Part shown: positions 1 through 11,261 of the stretch, one piece after another
Layout: each line of letters starts with the position of its first letter
Numbering within the stretch: position 1 is the first letter of the stretch
NCBI RefSeq assembly: GCF_003918875.1
Contig: NW_025767457.1
Coordinates: forward strand, 434,001-498,000
Direction: 5' to 3'
Length of the DNA: 64,000 nt
Origin: Haliotis rubra
Taxonomy: Eukaryota
The notes under the pieces: model-generated
Told to the model about the DNA's origin: nothing
Database searches by the model: none
What the model saw: only the letters and a program-made list of their open reading frames with translations
Made by a program: the position numbers and the translations under genes

Positions 1-92
1 AATGAGAGTGCTATATTTTTGTGTTGTGTTCTCGTGGTAACGTAACTCCTTTTATTGTTTCTTATGATAATTGAGAGATAAAAGAAGTGTGA
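1..92 (-). repeat. Partial copy of the duplicated TATA/Inr-like cassette (also at 27915-28410 and 35935-36400), cut by the window edge
   Basis: aatgagagtgctat...gttctcgtggtaa...gataattgagag..aaagaagtgtgac matches 28102-28192 and 36107-36196. Confidence 0.75.
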
Positions 93-1466
93 CAGAAGGC
101 AGCCGTTGTTTGAGCTGCCCAATATGCTAGCAAACAGAGATTGTGAAATATTATGTTAGTTTGGAAACTGATTTGCATTTCGCTGTAAAATTTACATAAT
201 TGATCTTATCTTTAATAGGAAGGCTATGCTTTCGACATTTTGTGTAGCAAAAACATTTGCAAACTTGTTGAAAAAGCCGAAGAGCCCTATCCAATTTAAG
301 AACTTAAATGAATAATTAACCTTTTACGGCAAGAACCCGATCTGTTGGGAGCACAAGCATCACGGCTTCCAATTGAAACATTGCTCATGAATTTTCATAA
401 CCGACTTATTTCTATTCAGAGAGGTTTGAAAGCTTTGATAATGCGAAACACATTGTTTTTGTTCCGTCCATATAATTATGCATTCTATTTTTCTCGATAT
501 TTTGTTTTAGATACGTCAGTTACAGGAATCGGGACTTTAGGACTCCGGTTGATGCTTAGAGCTGTTATTGGTGCTGTTATGACATTATATCCTGGTTTGG
601 GAAAACAAGATGACGGCTCCTTAAAAAAAGTAGTTTCAATCTGGAATCCTTACCACAACGAAGCACACTTTCTATGAAAGCATGCGTTTATTGTGATTAG
701 GTTAAGAAAGAAATTGTTAAATTGATTTAAAAATGTTTTATGATTTGTAGCTAATTCGTAGCTAGTTGTCAAAGAGAGTTTTGGATCCAATATTGGCAGA
801 CGTTTGCTACGTTCTGCTACAGTCCGTAGCTCTTATAACATATGGGAACACTGATATTCTAACACTGATATGACACCAAGTAGTCTAACCGCAGCTAGCG
901 CCGATGTGACCGCGATTTTGTATGTAGATCCATGTCGAACTTGCGTTAACAAAAAGCCTTTTGATTGGTTGTTGGCTGTTCAACGAAAGACGTATACGAT
1001 AAAAGAGAGATGAGCTGGCGACATCACTTCCCCAAAGAAGCGGTGAGGACGACCTGATCCAGGGTATTGATCATTAAAGAATGGAGATGTAATACTCTGG
1101 ATAATCGAAGAAGGCTGGGGTTGCTTTGATAAGAAACTCAACACTGGCTTACAACGCAGAAAACACTTAGGGAAAGAAATGACTGTTCAAAGTGAAGCTT
1201 AATCCTAGCAAAACCTGTGAGAAAATGATGCACTATTTGAAACTTTACTCTTAACCTCAAGGACACAACAGACGTGGAAACTGACGCATGAGAACTGAGA
1301 GATGCAATATTGTTAGAAAGTGTTTTGTGCCGACTGTCTTTTGTCTCGCTGTTAACATATCGCCATTTGGCTGAAGATGACAAGATAAGTTTTTAACTCG
1401 AAAAATGTTAGCACTTTATATGGTACTTTCAGCTTGCTCAATGTTCGCTTAGTGTCCAGGTGTGGG

Positions 1467-1690
1467 ACCCATGGAAATCCAGGTTAGATTTGATCTTCAG
1501 CAATCCATGCCTGTTTTAAAAAGCGACTAACGGGACCAGATCGTTAGACTTACTGGCTTGGTCTACGCATGCAATTGCACTCCATTTTGGTAGATCATGT
1601 CAATCACTGGTTTGCTTGGTTCAGACTTGATTATTTACATACCCCTGTGGTATAGCAAGAATGTTGCTGAATGCGGCGTTTAACAAACAT
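1467..1690 (+). mobile_element. SINE family A (headless, Nimb-type tail), diverged copy
   Basis: acccatggaaatccaggttagatttgatcttcagcaatccatgc...gcgactaacggga...gcggcgtttaac aligns to copies at 21541 and 39234. Confidence 0.8.
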
Positions 1691-1774
1691 TCAAAACATC
1701 AAGTTGTGAGGTCCATTCATGGCACGCCGCGCAGCAAGATTGTTCATTACCGCTGAAGAATTTTGACATTTATG

Positions 1775-2760
1775 TCCGTCAGATCCACTGATGTACCCAC
1801 TTATAGTAATTAGGGCTTCAATGGGCAATGCGCAGAGAAAGCACAGTTGATTAAACATCAAGGTCATTAACAAATGTGATTCATCAAGGGAAAACAACGA
1901 TTGGCTATTGTTCAATTCGGAAATTATTTTGCTTTCAGCTGAAATTTTAAAATGCTTTTAAAAATAGGCAATACTCGTAAAGTTACTTTATATTCATTTT
2001 GTGTTGTCTCTTGAAATTCGTAAACGTTGGATTTCATCAAATGTTGATACTTCGTTGTAAAAAGCTCCATCAAATCACAGAATGCTTTTAGTCTTGAAAC
2101 TTGTATAAGATTCCTTGGTTGAAAAGAAGCCTCTACGCGTGATCCCCTGGGAACGGGTTTCTCTCATGTCAGCTCTGAAACAGCAACACATTTTTTTCAT
2201 TTCTCATTGAGCATATTGTCTTCTTTTGATTGTAAACGCACAACCCAAGAGATCAAGATAATGGATTTGTGGTTCTTAACGGACGCAAAGGAGTGCCATT
2301 GCCTTCTACACTAAGGTTCAATTATCAATCACCTCACCTTTTATCATTTCTACGGATGGTAATAAAGATCAAAACCCATGCAGATAACCAATCACTTTTA
2401 TAATTATGTAATAAGATAGAATAATACATTTGTGAATACTGACTGGATGATGGGTGATTTCAGCTATTACAGCAACGGGTAATGCATTCTAATATGTTTT
2501 GCTTGTCCATCACTGTGATCAAGTGATGCACCCAAAGGATGGCGAATACTTGAGAAAACTACCATAAAATGTGAAGCATCAATTCAGTTAAATGATGTCA
2601 ATGTTATCCTGAAATTCCTTTCCCCGAAGTGCTTCACTTTTCAATTATTGGCGAAATTGCTTGTTGAAATGTTTCAACTTTCATTAGCCTCGTCTGTTCA
2701 TCTGCTAGCACTGAATCTAATATAAAACAGAGAAGGACAGAGAATTATCACTCTGAACTA
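1775..2760. repeat. Module A, diverged copy (unidentified low-copy repeat)
   Basis: Colinear with 11262-12260 and 20015-20660, e.g. agatccactgat.tacccactt, gggaacgggttt, gcacaacccaagaga, ggtaatgcattctaa. Confidence 0.85.
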
Positions 2761-3084
2761 TCTGTGGAAACATATTAAGCATAATTGCAAGAGTGATTGA
2801 TGATTTATTTTCAGGTTTGGAAGATGAAGGCTGAATTTTGAGTTAATGTGTCCTGAAACTATGTTTCTGGATAAACATTTAAAACATCCTATTTCAGAAA
2901 CACAGCTTTATCAACATAATCTCTTCAACAAACATAAATGTTATAAATAATTTATGCCTATTTTTATATAATGTTGGGAAAATAAGATATTCAGATATTT
3001 TTATGTAAAACGCATGTAACTTCTTATCATATTCATGAATGTATTTTGGGCCAGTGGCCTATTACTGAATACAATGTCTGTCTG

Positions 3085-3662
3085 AAACTATGTTGACATT
3101 ACACATTTTAACCTCTTCAAACAATGGGACACCTGTGCAACTTAAAAATCAAACGTCAAGGCCAGAGAGTAACTAGTCTCGGTTTCTGCCGAAGCAGATT
3201 CCACTGGTCATAACACTGGTCGCAACCAGCAAAACAGTAACGAAAGTTAAATTAACTGATCACTGAAAAGCGGCGACGATATGAGATGTTCGCGATAAAA
3301 CATGTACTCAAAACTAGGTTTTTCACACAAATCAATCATGGTTGTGAGTGATGGATGACTTGTGATTTACTTTTAGTTTTGAAAGGTGAAGGCCAAATGA
3401 TGTGTCTATGAGTAATGTTGACGTTATACATTTTAAACCCTTTCACTTGAAAGGGGACTGCTGTGCTACTTTAATATTAAAGGTCAAGGCCAGTGAGTAA
3501 CGAGTCTCGGTTTTCTGCGGAAACAGATATCACTGGTCATAACAGTGAAAATAATGACGCAAATTAAAACGAACTGATCACTGAAAAGCGGTAATGACAC
3601 CAGATGTTCCCGAAAAAGCATGTTCTCAAAACTTGGTTATCAGAAATCAATCATGGTTGTGT
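3085..3662. repeat. Local tandem duplication, unit about 325 bp
   Basis: tcaaggccag..agtaac.agtctcggttt..cactggtcataaca..aactgatcactgaaaagcgg..aaatcaatcatggttgtg occurs at about 3155-3345 and again at about 3483-3660. Confidence 0.85.
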
Positions 3663-4424
3663 TTGTAACAAGGGTTTTTTGCCAAAACAGTTTCTCAGAA
3701 ATCATTTGATACATAGAGAAACGCAGCTTCGAGATCTTCTGATGTCAAGGATATCAACAAGATCCAGTAAAGCTTCCAATCTCCAGGGTTTTAAACAAGG
3801 GATTTGTATTTAATATTTTATGTCCAAAATCATTGTTCCAATTTTATTCCACTTTGTATAATAATGATAATGATGATAATAAACACTCTCTTGAGATTAA
3901 AAAATATATAGCTTAACAAGTTCAGTAGCAGAGAGGTAGTTGATGTTTACATTCAACGTCATGGTATGCAAAGCAATATAGTGCAATATTTCATTGCAGT
4001 GATACATCCGAGGGAATACCGCTTCATCTCCCCAAGGCGATACCAGTTTTGGGTCATAAATCCTCTTGTTTTTGTGAGACCCAGTTTTGCAGTGCTTTTT
4101 GCCCTCTTGGCGTTCTTCTCATCCCAAATTGTCTACCGTACTGACTGCAATGGAATTGTTTCTTGAGTCAAATATTAGTGAATCTCTCTTAGTATTTTAG
4201 CATTTTGTTCACGAATTTATTAATTTATGCTGAAAAACCCTCTGAAGTGGGAAAAATATAACCTTTCAATGATGTTGCTTTTCCTTAAAATCATCTTTCG
4301 AACTTTCTGAATTAATTATCCAAATACGACTTGTAGTCGTTGCGTTTGATCGAGTTGAATATATAATTAGTTATAGTTATGTAATAACACTTGTCGCTAA
4401 ATGTCACTGATAACACAAAAGATG

Positions 4425-4650
4425 ATAATCAACCCCACTACCACAATCTTCAACCACTACCCTAGTTTACCACCATAACCAACTACTACTATCCTACTTT
4501 ACCACCATAACGTATAACCAATTTAGCACCAAAACCTACTACAGTCCCAGTTAACCACCAGAACCTACAGCCACTACCCCAGCTTACCATACAGTGTACA
4601 ATCACTACCCCAGTAAAACATCATAATATTATCTATTCCCGAGTTAACCT
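4425..4650. repeat. Degenerate C/A-rich minisatellite
   Basis: Imperfect repeats of accactacc(c/t)agtt(t/a)accaccata. Confidence 0.7.
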
Positions 4651-4659
4651 CATCGGATT

Positions 4660-5125
4660 CTGTAAATATGTGCTGTTGATAGATGTGTTTTACTGATTGG
4701 TAGTTTTGATTAGTAACTTAGATTGTTAGTGGCTGTACCCTCATAGGGGGTTGAAGTATCGTAAAATTATTGTCCTCCTGAGAGGGTACGTAAGTCCCAA
4801 AACTTTCAAAGTCAATTGAAACTTACCAGGATTTTTAAACGTAGTATTCTTGTTATTCTAATTTTGGCTAACATTTCTTACAATCGCCAGCAGCTGAAGG
4901 GATGGTGTAAATCCAACCAGGGTCCATGCAGGTAGCAAAGGTACTGTGAGTCCCCACGGTCCCTGGTGTGGTGATCTAGCTTCAGTTGTTGGCGATCTAT
5001 AGCCTGTTTTTATATTGTATAGTCCCAATAGTGCTATTAGTTTTAACTTCCCAAACTAGTTTTAGTTGTAATTCTGAAATTCTAGTTGTTTTACTGTCCT
5101 TCGTCGACAGGGTTTTATAATATAC
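4660..5125 (+). mobile_element. I/Nimb-clade LINE 3'UTR fragment (tail missing)
   Basis: gttagtggctgtaccctc...gagggtacgtaagtccc...gctgaagggatggtgtaaatcc...tactgtccttcgtcgacagg matches 34240-34610. Confidence 0.9.
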
Positions 5126-5149
5126 ATATATTATAAAACTCTTGAAAGA

Positions 5150-6528
5150 GCTGTGAAGATGCAAGTTAGTCAGCACTTGAGTAAACATGACCTCTATCAC
5201 AAATTCCAGTCCGCCTATAGGTCATTCCACAGCACGGAAACAGCCCTGCTCCGTGTTGTTAATGATTTGCAGTGGAGCGTTGACAGGGGGAACTCAGCCG
5301 TTCTTGTTCTCTTGGATTTATCGGCCGCGTTTGATACGGTGGATCACCAAATACTTCTATCAAGACTTCAGTTCCAGTATGGATTAAATGATATGGCTCT
5401 TCTGTGGTTTAGGTCCTACTTATCAAACAGGACTCAATCTGTTGCTGTTCGTAATGCTCAGTCGGCTGAAGCTATTATTCTTTGTGGTGTACCACAGGGA
5501 TCGGTTCTCGGTCCTGTATTGTTCTCTATGTATACCAAAGAACTTGGTGATCTGCTTTGTAAGAAAGCTACTAATCATCATCTTTATGCTGACGATACTC
5601 AGTTGTTTGATGGTATTACCATGGGCTATGACAAGAGTTCTGACTTGACCAGAATTGAAGATGCCATTGACCATATTGGTTCGTGGATGTTCAATAACAA
5701 ACTAAAATTAAATGAACACAAGACAGAGGGTATGATTGTTGGCACAAGAAACGTGTTAGTAAAATCACAACATGTTGAGTTGAAAGTTGGAAACATGGTC
5801 ATTCAGCCTTCTCTACATGTCAGAAATCTTGGCGTCCTACTCCAACCTGACCTCTCCATGAAGAAACAGATTCTGGATCTGTGCAGAAAATGTTACTTCC
5901 ATCTCCGTAACATTGGACAGATCAGACATCTCCTGTCACAGGATGCTGCGGCTGCCCTGGTGAGAACACTGATTCTCTCACGACTTGACTATTGCAACAG
6001 CTTGTTGGTTGCAGCTTCACAAGAGTCCATCCAAAAGCTCCAACAAATCCAGAACACAGCTGCCCGCATAGTTACTCTCCAACCAAAACGCTGCCACATC
6101 ACTCCCATCCTGTTGTCTCTTCACTGGTTGCCTATTGAGGCTCGCATTGACTATAAGATCCTTACACTTGCTTATCAGTCCATTCATGGTATTGCACCAG
6201 TGTATCTTCAAGAACTCCTCTCTCCTTACATGCCAACAAGAACTCTGCGTTCATCCTCGGCTAATCTGCTCTATGTACCAAAGTGGAACCTCAAATCATT
6301 TGGCTGCAAGTCTTACCAGAACATGGCATCAGTCAAATGGAATTCCCTCCCTGATGAACTTAAGCTGTCTCCAACCCTTGAAAACTTTAAGTGCCATCTC
6401 AAAACCTTTCTTTACAAAAAGTTCTATGGACTTCAATAATGCCTTATTGATTGTTAGCGCTATGAGCATACCTGGTGTGGAGTTTGGCGCTATATAAATG
6501 GACACATTATTATTATTATTATTATTAT
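5150..6528 (+). mobile_element. 5'-truncated L2-clade LINE with RT C-terminal half and (TAT)n tail
   Basis: ORF 5153-6439 has QSAYRSFHSTETAL, LDLSAAFDTVDH, GVPQGSVLGP, YADD and the L2-type C-terminus LHWLP...RTLRSS...WNSLP...FKCHLKTFL; 3' end agcgc...gcgctatataaat then (tat)n. Confidence 0.93.
5153..6439 (+). CDS. Reverse transcriptase (L2 LINE ORF2), N-terminally truncated, open 428-codon frame
   Basis: RT motifs as above; no endonuclease domain and no true ATG at the truncation point. Confidence 0.85.
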   Translation: MKMQVSQHLSKHDLYHKFQSAYRSFHSTETALLRVVNDLQWSVDRGNSAVLVLLDLSAAFDTVDHQILLSRLQFQYGLNDMALLWFRSYLSNRTQSVAVRNAQSAEAIILCGVPQGSVLGPVLFSMYTKELGDLLCKKATNHHLYADDTQLFDGITMGYDKSSDLTRIEDAIDHIGSWMFNNKLKLNEHKTEGMIVGTRNVLVKSQHVELKVGNMVIQPSLHVRNLGVLLQPDLSMKKQILDLCRKCYFHLRNIGQIRHLLSQDAAAALVRTLILSRLDYCNSLLVAASQESIQKLQQIQNTAARIVTLQPKRCHITPILLSLHWLPIEARIDYKILTLAYQSIHGIAPVYLQELLSPYMPTRTLRSSSANLLYVPKWNLKSFGCKSYQNMASVKWNSLPDELKLSPTLENFKCHLKTFLYKKFYGLQ

Positions 6529-6579
6529 TTTCGGCGTGACGAGCCAACGCTTTAACCACTAGGCTACCTCACCGCCCCC
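6529..6579 (-). mobile_element. SINE family B tRNA-like head remnant
   Basis: ttcggcgtgacgagccaacgctttaaccactaggctacc matches 35688-35728. Confidence 0.75.
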
Positions 6580-6584
6580 TATAG

Positions 6585-7385
6585 AACCAGAGACCAAGCC
6601 ACTGCTAAATGTGGCTCACCTAATGAGGGTTAAACATCTTGTTACGTACGCCAAGGCCCTTTTAATAAAAAGTCATGTCTTTTCAAACCCAATCCTCTTC
6701 AAATTGGCCTGAAATTGGTGTGTGCGAGTTCGATAAGCAGTGCCTTGAAAAAAGGAAAAGCAAAGCATTAAAAGAAGGAAGTGGGTTTCACCGCAAGTAA
6801 TTAAGTGTGACCAGCTCTCCGAAGCGTTGTGTCATTTAGCTCAACCGCTTTTTACCCGCCTTATTTACTCACGTTCCTCCCAGTACCTCTGTGACTACAC
6901 TCTCCAACATTGAGGCGAGAAACCAAGAATCAGAATTCATTGACTTTCGTTCTAACCTCTGTGTATAAGCATAAACATCTCTCTGTCTTCATCCGTCTAA
7001 AAGGAGGGTTGGAGGTTTCACCTTAGGGCGTCTGAGAAATTGTCTTGGCTTACGTGTGTTGTATAATAATGGGTTTGAATCGATTTCAGTCAGCAAGACG
7101 GAGCAGTTCTATAACTTAACTGCCCACTTCTTCCACAAATGTGATTGTTCCATAGTTCAGTCTTTTTTCTCACTGCCCTCTCCGGCCACCCTTCTAGATG
7201 AAACTTAATCATGGTGTACGTACACATTGTTAGACCACATTTCTCTTTTGTTGTGTGTAGAGATCCATTATCAATTGAGCCCTCGGTAAAATAAGTTTTA
7301 AGAATACGTGTATCCTGGCGTCCATGTATGTAGAATTCATTAAGGCTGATGTCAGACATGGGGATGTGGAGGCACCTGTGGAATA
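6585..7385 (-). repeat. Inverted partial copy of module A
   Basis: Reverse complement of about 12285-13145, e.g. aaccagagaccaagccactgctaaatgtggctcacc vs ggtgagccacatttagcagtggcttggtctctggtt. Confidence 0.9.
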
Positions 7386-7387
7386 AT

Positions 7388-7820
7388 ATATAATTATAGA
7401 CTGGTGATGAGGTCAATGCCTGTTTTTTATATAGACCCGCGAAAAGCAATATTGACCGACTTTGTCCTCGGACAATATTGCTTTTCACGGGTCCATAAAA
7501 ACAGGTATTGACCGAATTCACCAGTCCATAATTGTTTGATTATGTAATTACCGAAAAAGCTTCTAAGAACCAAAACATGTCCATTTAGTCAAGAAAAGTA
7601 ATTATATTTTCGCTACAAACCAATGACGTTATGTCAACAATATTGTGACATGTAAACAATAGAATGACGTCATAGCTGATCTATATTTAGTAACTCAAGT
7701 CAGTATGACTTTTGGTCGGACCTGGCTTGGAGTCAATATGCTTTTCTGTCGACGGTCACGTGACCGCCTGTAGACCAATCAGATAGCCGAACAAATATAC
7801 TTACATAATAACTGGCAATA
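7388..7820. mobile_element. Palindromic non-autonomous element (MITE-like, family unassigned)
   Basis: About 140 bp imperfect palindrome at 7390-7532 centred on aagcaatattgaccga-ctttgtcc-tcggacaatattgctt; it truncates the inverted module A copy. Confidence 0.55.
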
Positions 7821-7894
7821 ATCTTCACGTCAGACATGCCGTCCTAGCCCCCTGCAGATTGTGTCAATGCCGCCGAGGTCGAGCATTATATTAG

Positions 7895-8400
7895 TTTTTT
7901 ATTTAAACATATTTTATTCACTGAAGAAATTGATTGGCCCTCTCTCAATATTTACAACAATTATATTTACATGATTTAAATGAAATATGCATAAAACAGA
8001 AACAAAGAAGCTATACATGAGCGATCTTGAGTTTGAGAATATAACAGTTTAAGATGAACAGAAGAATCGTTTAGTTTGATTGATGTAATGATTGACATGT
8101 TTGAAGATATTCAGAATCTTCTCAATTGAGCGGTCTGCATTGCCATATAACATGGGATGTATATCTAGTAAATATCTATTTTGTAAAATGTCACTTATGT
8201 TAGCTAACAACGTTTCTCTATGTGTTTTATAACGGGGTCAAGCCAAGAAATAATGATTGGGCACAGTATAATTTTCAGCATTAAGTAAGTTATAATGAGC
8301 ATTATATTAAATAGTCTTCTGTTGAAAACACTACACATCAACTAAGGTAGGACATGGTTGTCCGGTCTACAGTAGAATGCGTGTTTGAGTGATGCTTTGA
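7895..8400 (-). mobile_element. CR1-like LINE 3' fragment with internal deletion
   Basis: Minus strand reads HYFLA*PRYKTHRETLLANISDIL...LYGNADRS...NIFKHVNHYINQTKRF, resembling invertebrate CR1 ORF2 C-termini; A-rich end. Confidence 0.6.
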
Positions 8401-8939
8401 GTGATGGAGAATGCTTGAGGGCAACATAATCTCACAGACATTTTATATTTGTATCCACAATCAGAGTACACTCAGTTATGATTATAACGATGACAATGAT
8501 GAAGATAGAGTAGAGATATTTATACAGTGTCTGGATTTGAGGCAACGAGCGACTGTCGTAAGTCAACGTTTAGATATTATAGTTACCACCGTCCAATCCC
8601 TAGGAAAAAATTGTCAATGGATCCGCTTCATGCTATCATATAGCAGCATATCATTTGAACAAGATTACGTACCTCTGCTGACTGTCATCCAAAGTAATCA
8701 CGTTCTTCATACCCCAATCCCAAGCTCCAGATTCGTTTTCTTCTCGTTACAGGAATGAAGTTTCTGTATTTCTCACATCGATAAATGTTATTTACATTCT
8801 CGTGGTTGCAGTTAGAAATCATTGTTTAAAACATGCACATAATTCCTTTTCTGTTTGATCTTCTCTTACTTTTCAGGATTTCCTTCTGTCAACGAAAGAG
8901 CAGATTTCAGCCGGAATTGCCGTCAGTCTATTTTACAAC

Positions 8940-9899
8940 TGTTGATGCAAGAACTACAGATACGAAAAACTCGCACCATTTAACAAAGTTTATTCACTGG
9001 AGCATATTCGTCATGTTCATTTATTCACGTTGTGGCATTTGGTTGTACTGATGACAATTTGGCAATATAACCTTGACGACATTGAAGTCCACATGTCAAG
9101 GGACGGTTAGAAACTGTCGGCACAATACTACACAAATCCATGAATTGGTAACATTAAAGCTGGTCTCTTCCATTAGCCTTTAGATAGACCAGTGTTCATT
9201 AAATGGCAAGGTTCATTAAATGGCGAGGTTCAGAAACTAAAAAAGAAACAAAAAATACCTTACTAAATATGCTTTGACAAACAATACCATAAAACAGTTT
9301 CTGAAACAAGTTACTTACAGCAGCATAACTTTAAGGCATAATTACTGCTGTGTTAGTAGTTACATTGGCTGAATAATAATTCAAATGAAACATGAATTGA
9401 GAATAGAATTATTTCTGCAATGAAATGCAAACATTACTTTAGAATTCAAATTCTTATTCAATAACCATAAGCATGATAAAATACTATACTCAAAATAAGT
9501 CATTACTCAAACACCTTCAGAATTGACAGATAACCTCAAATACATGAAATAAACTTACATTTGTGTTCCAACACTCTTGTCATTCACACCAGAGACCATC
9601 TCTGTTAACACATCTGTACACCTTGAGGCCTTCCACTGTTATGCCATGTGGCTGGATTGCATGAACTGCACATGCTTTGGGTCACATGACCACACACTGC
9701 CCTGGCTCCCCTCTAGACTTACTGCTAGGCTCTTATTAAATACTGATTACATGGAAAGACCACTGAAATTACTTCTTGCTTTTTGGTAACTTGTTAGAAT
9801 ATAATTGAAATATAATTTAAATGACAGAAAACTACCTTTGGAAAAGAAAATTATAAAAACAATTTGCAATTAGCATTGAAAACAAAATCTGCATTCACA
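8940..9899. mobile_element. 960 bp TG...CA insertion with 5 bp TSD (solo-LTR-like)
   Basis: Starts TGTTGATGCA, ends TGCATTCACA, flanked by ACAAC at 8935-8939 and 9900-9904; empty site tttcacaacaatgaatg at about 17207 and 34871. Confidence 0.75.
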
Positions 9900-10991
9900 A
9901 CAACAATGAATGCTATTGATCCAAATCGATCACGACAAATTTAATATCAACATCGCCATTTGGGCCAAAGGAAAGTCAGTGGGGAGGGTTTTCCTTTCAC
10001 CAGGGAAGCGTTAAAACTGAATAATTGGATTTCAGAGAATTTGACATGAATGGTTCTATTCCGCAAAAAGAGTAAAGAGCAAAACATCACGTTATGGGAA
10101 TCCAGCAGGAAACATGGCGCTCTCAAAGGAATTATTCTGAACATGGAGCGTGTTTGAGCTGCGTAATCCGCTACTGGTGTCTCTGATTACAATATCAAGA
10201 GACTGTTGACGTATGGACATTCCATAAGAGCAATAATACACCGACGCAACATTAATGGGGAATGGTTTTTATGTATCTTTGAAGTGGGTGAGGAATTATT
10301 GGTATGTTTGAACCATGTCCAATTAGCGGAGTTGTGTTCTGAAGCACGTGAGTATGGTGCCTACTGATGATTTAAATGGTGGTTCTTAGTCACGATCCAA
10401 AACCTTTAATTTGTTACACTGTAACACGATCATCGTAACCCTAAATATGCATAATATTTCCACTAAATTAACCCATTCACTTCAGGACAGTAAAACCGCC
10501 ATGACGTCAAGAACCCCCATACACTGTCGACCGAAATATCGGTCAGGACGTAGTTATTTTTAAATATATGACTCATTTGTTCAATCTGTCAATCAATATC
10601 AGACAACTTATATTACATTCCACGATTTTTCGCAACGTTATAGAATGAACAATTCTCGTACACATACTTCACATTGTATCCACATCGGAATTGTAAAAGT
10701 AAATATACAGTACTAAATAACAAATTACAGGTGAAAAATAAAAGTTTCCAAACATACATCTAAGTTACTATTTTCATCTTTTCGTGCGTAGTGTAATGTC
10801 AGCCATATCGTGACGAGAACAATTAATGATTATATCATTAATCAATCAAATTAGAAAATAAAATCCTGTTGACGAAGAACAGTAAAAGTACTAGTGCATC
10901 GCAGATATTCACTTAAAACTAGTAATTAAATCTAAAACATTTGAACTAGAAATGACATGACAATGTAAAAACAGGCTATTCCTGAAGGTAG

Positions 10992-11130
10992 AACAACTAA
11001 AGGTAGATCACCATACTAGGGATCATGGGGACTTACAGTACATTTGGTTTCTGCATGGACCCTACCTGGATTTTACTCCCCTTCCCCCCCTTTCAGGTTT
11101 TAGCAATGTTAGGTAACCAAGCCATAATTT
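10992..11130 (-). mobile_element. I/Nimb LINE 3'UTR fragment, antisense
   Basis: aacaactaaaggtagatcaccatactaggga.catggggacttacagtac is the reverse complement of the 3'UTR hairpin. Confidence 0.8.
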
Positions 11131-11261
11131 AAAAGAACATGTATCAAACTTTAACTAGTAGTTCTATTTCTTTTAAAAATTCAGTGATTAAATGATAATT
11201 AACATTAAAAAGATCTTTCACTGTTTTGACACTGACATATTTATCCCTTGTGCATTACCGT

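Noticed and set aside
345-677. 110 aa ORF, and similar short ORFs such as 47005-47376, 49373-49768 and 46563-46937
   Set aside because: No recognisable motifs, mostly non-ATG starts, lengths compatible with chance
4425-4650. CRISPR-like or telomeric array
   Set aside because: Degenerate minisatellite without unique spacers or TTAGGG units, in eukaryotic context with no cas genes
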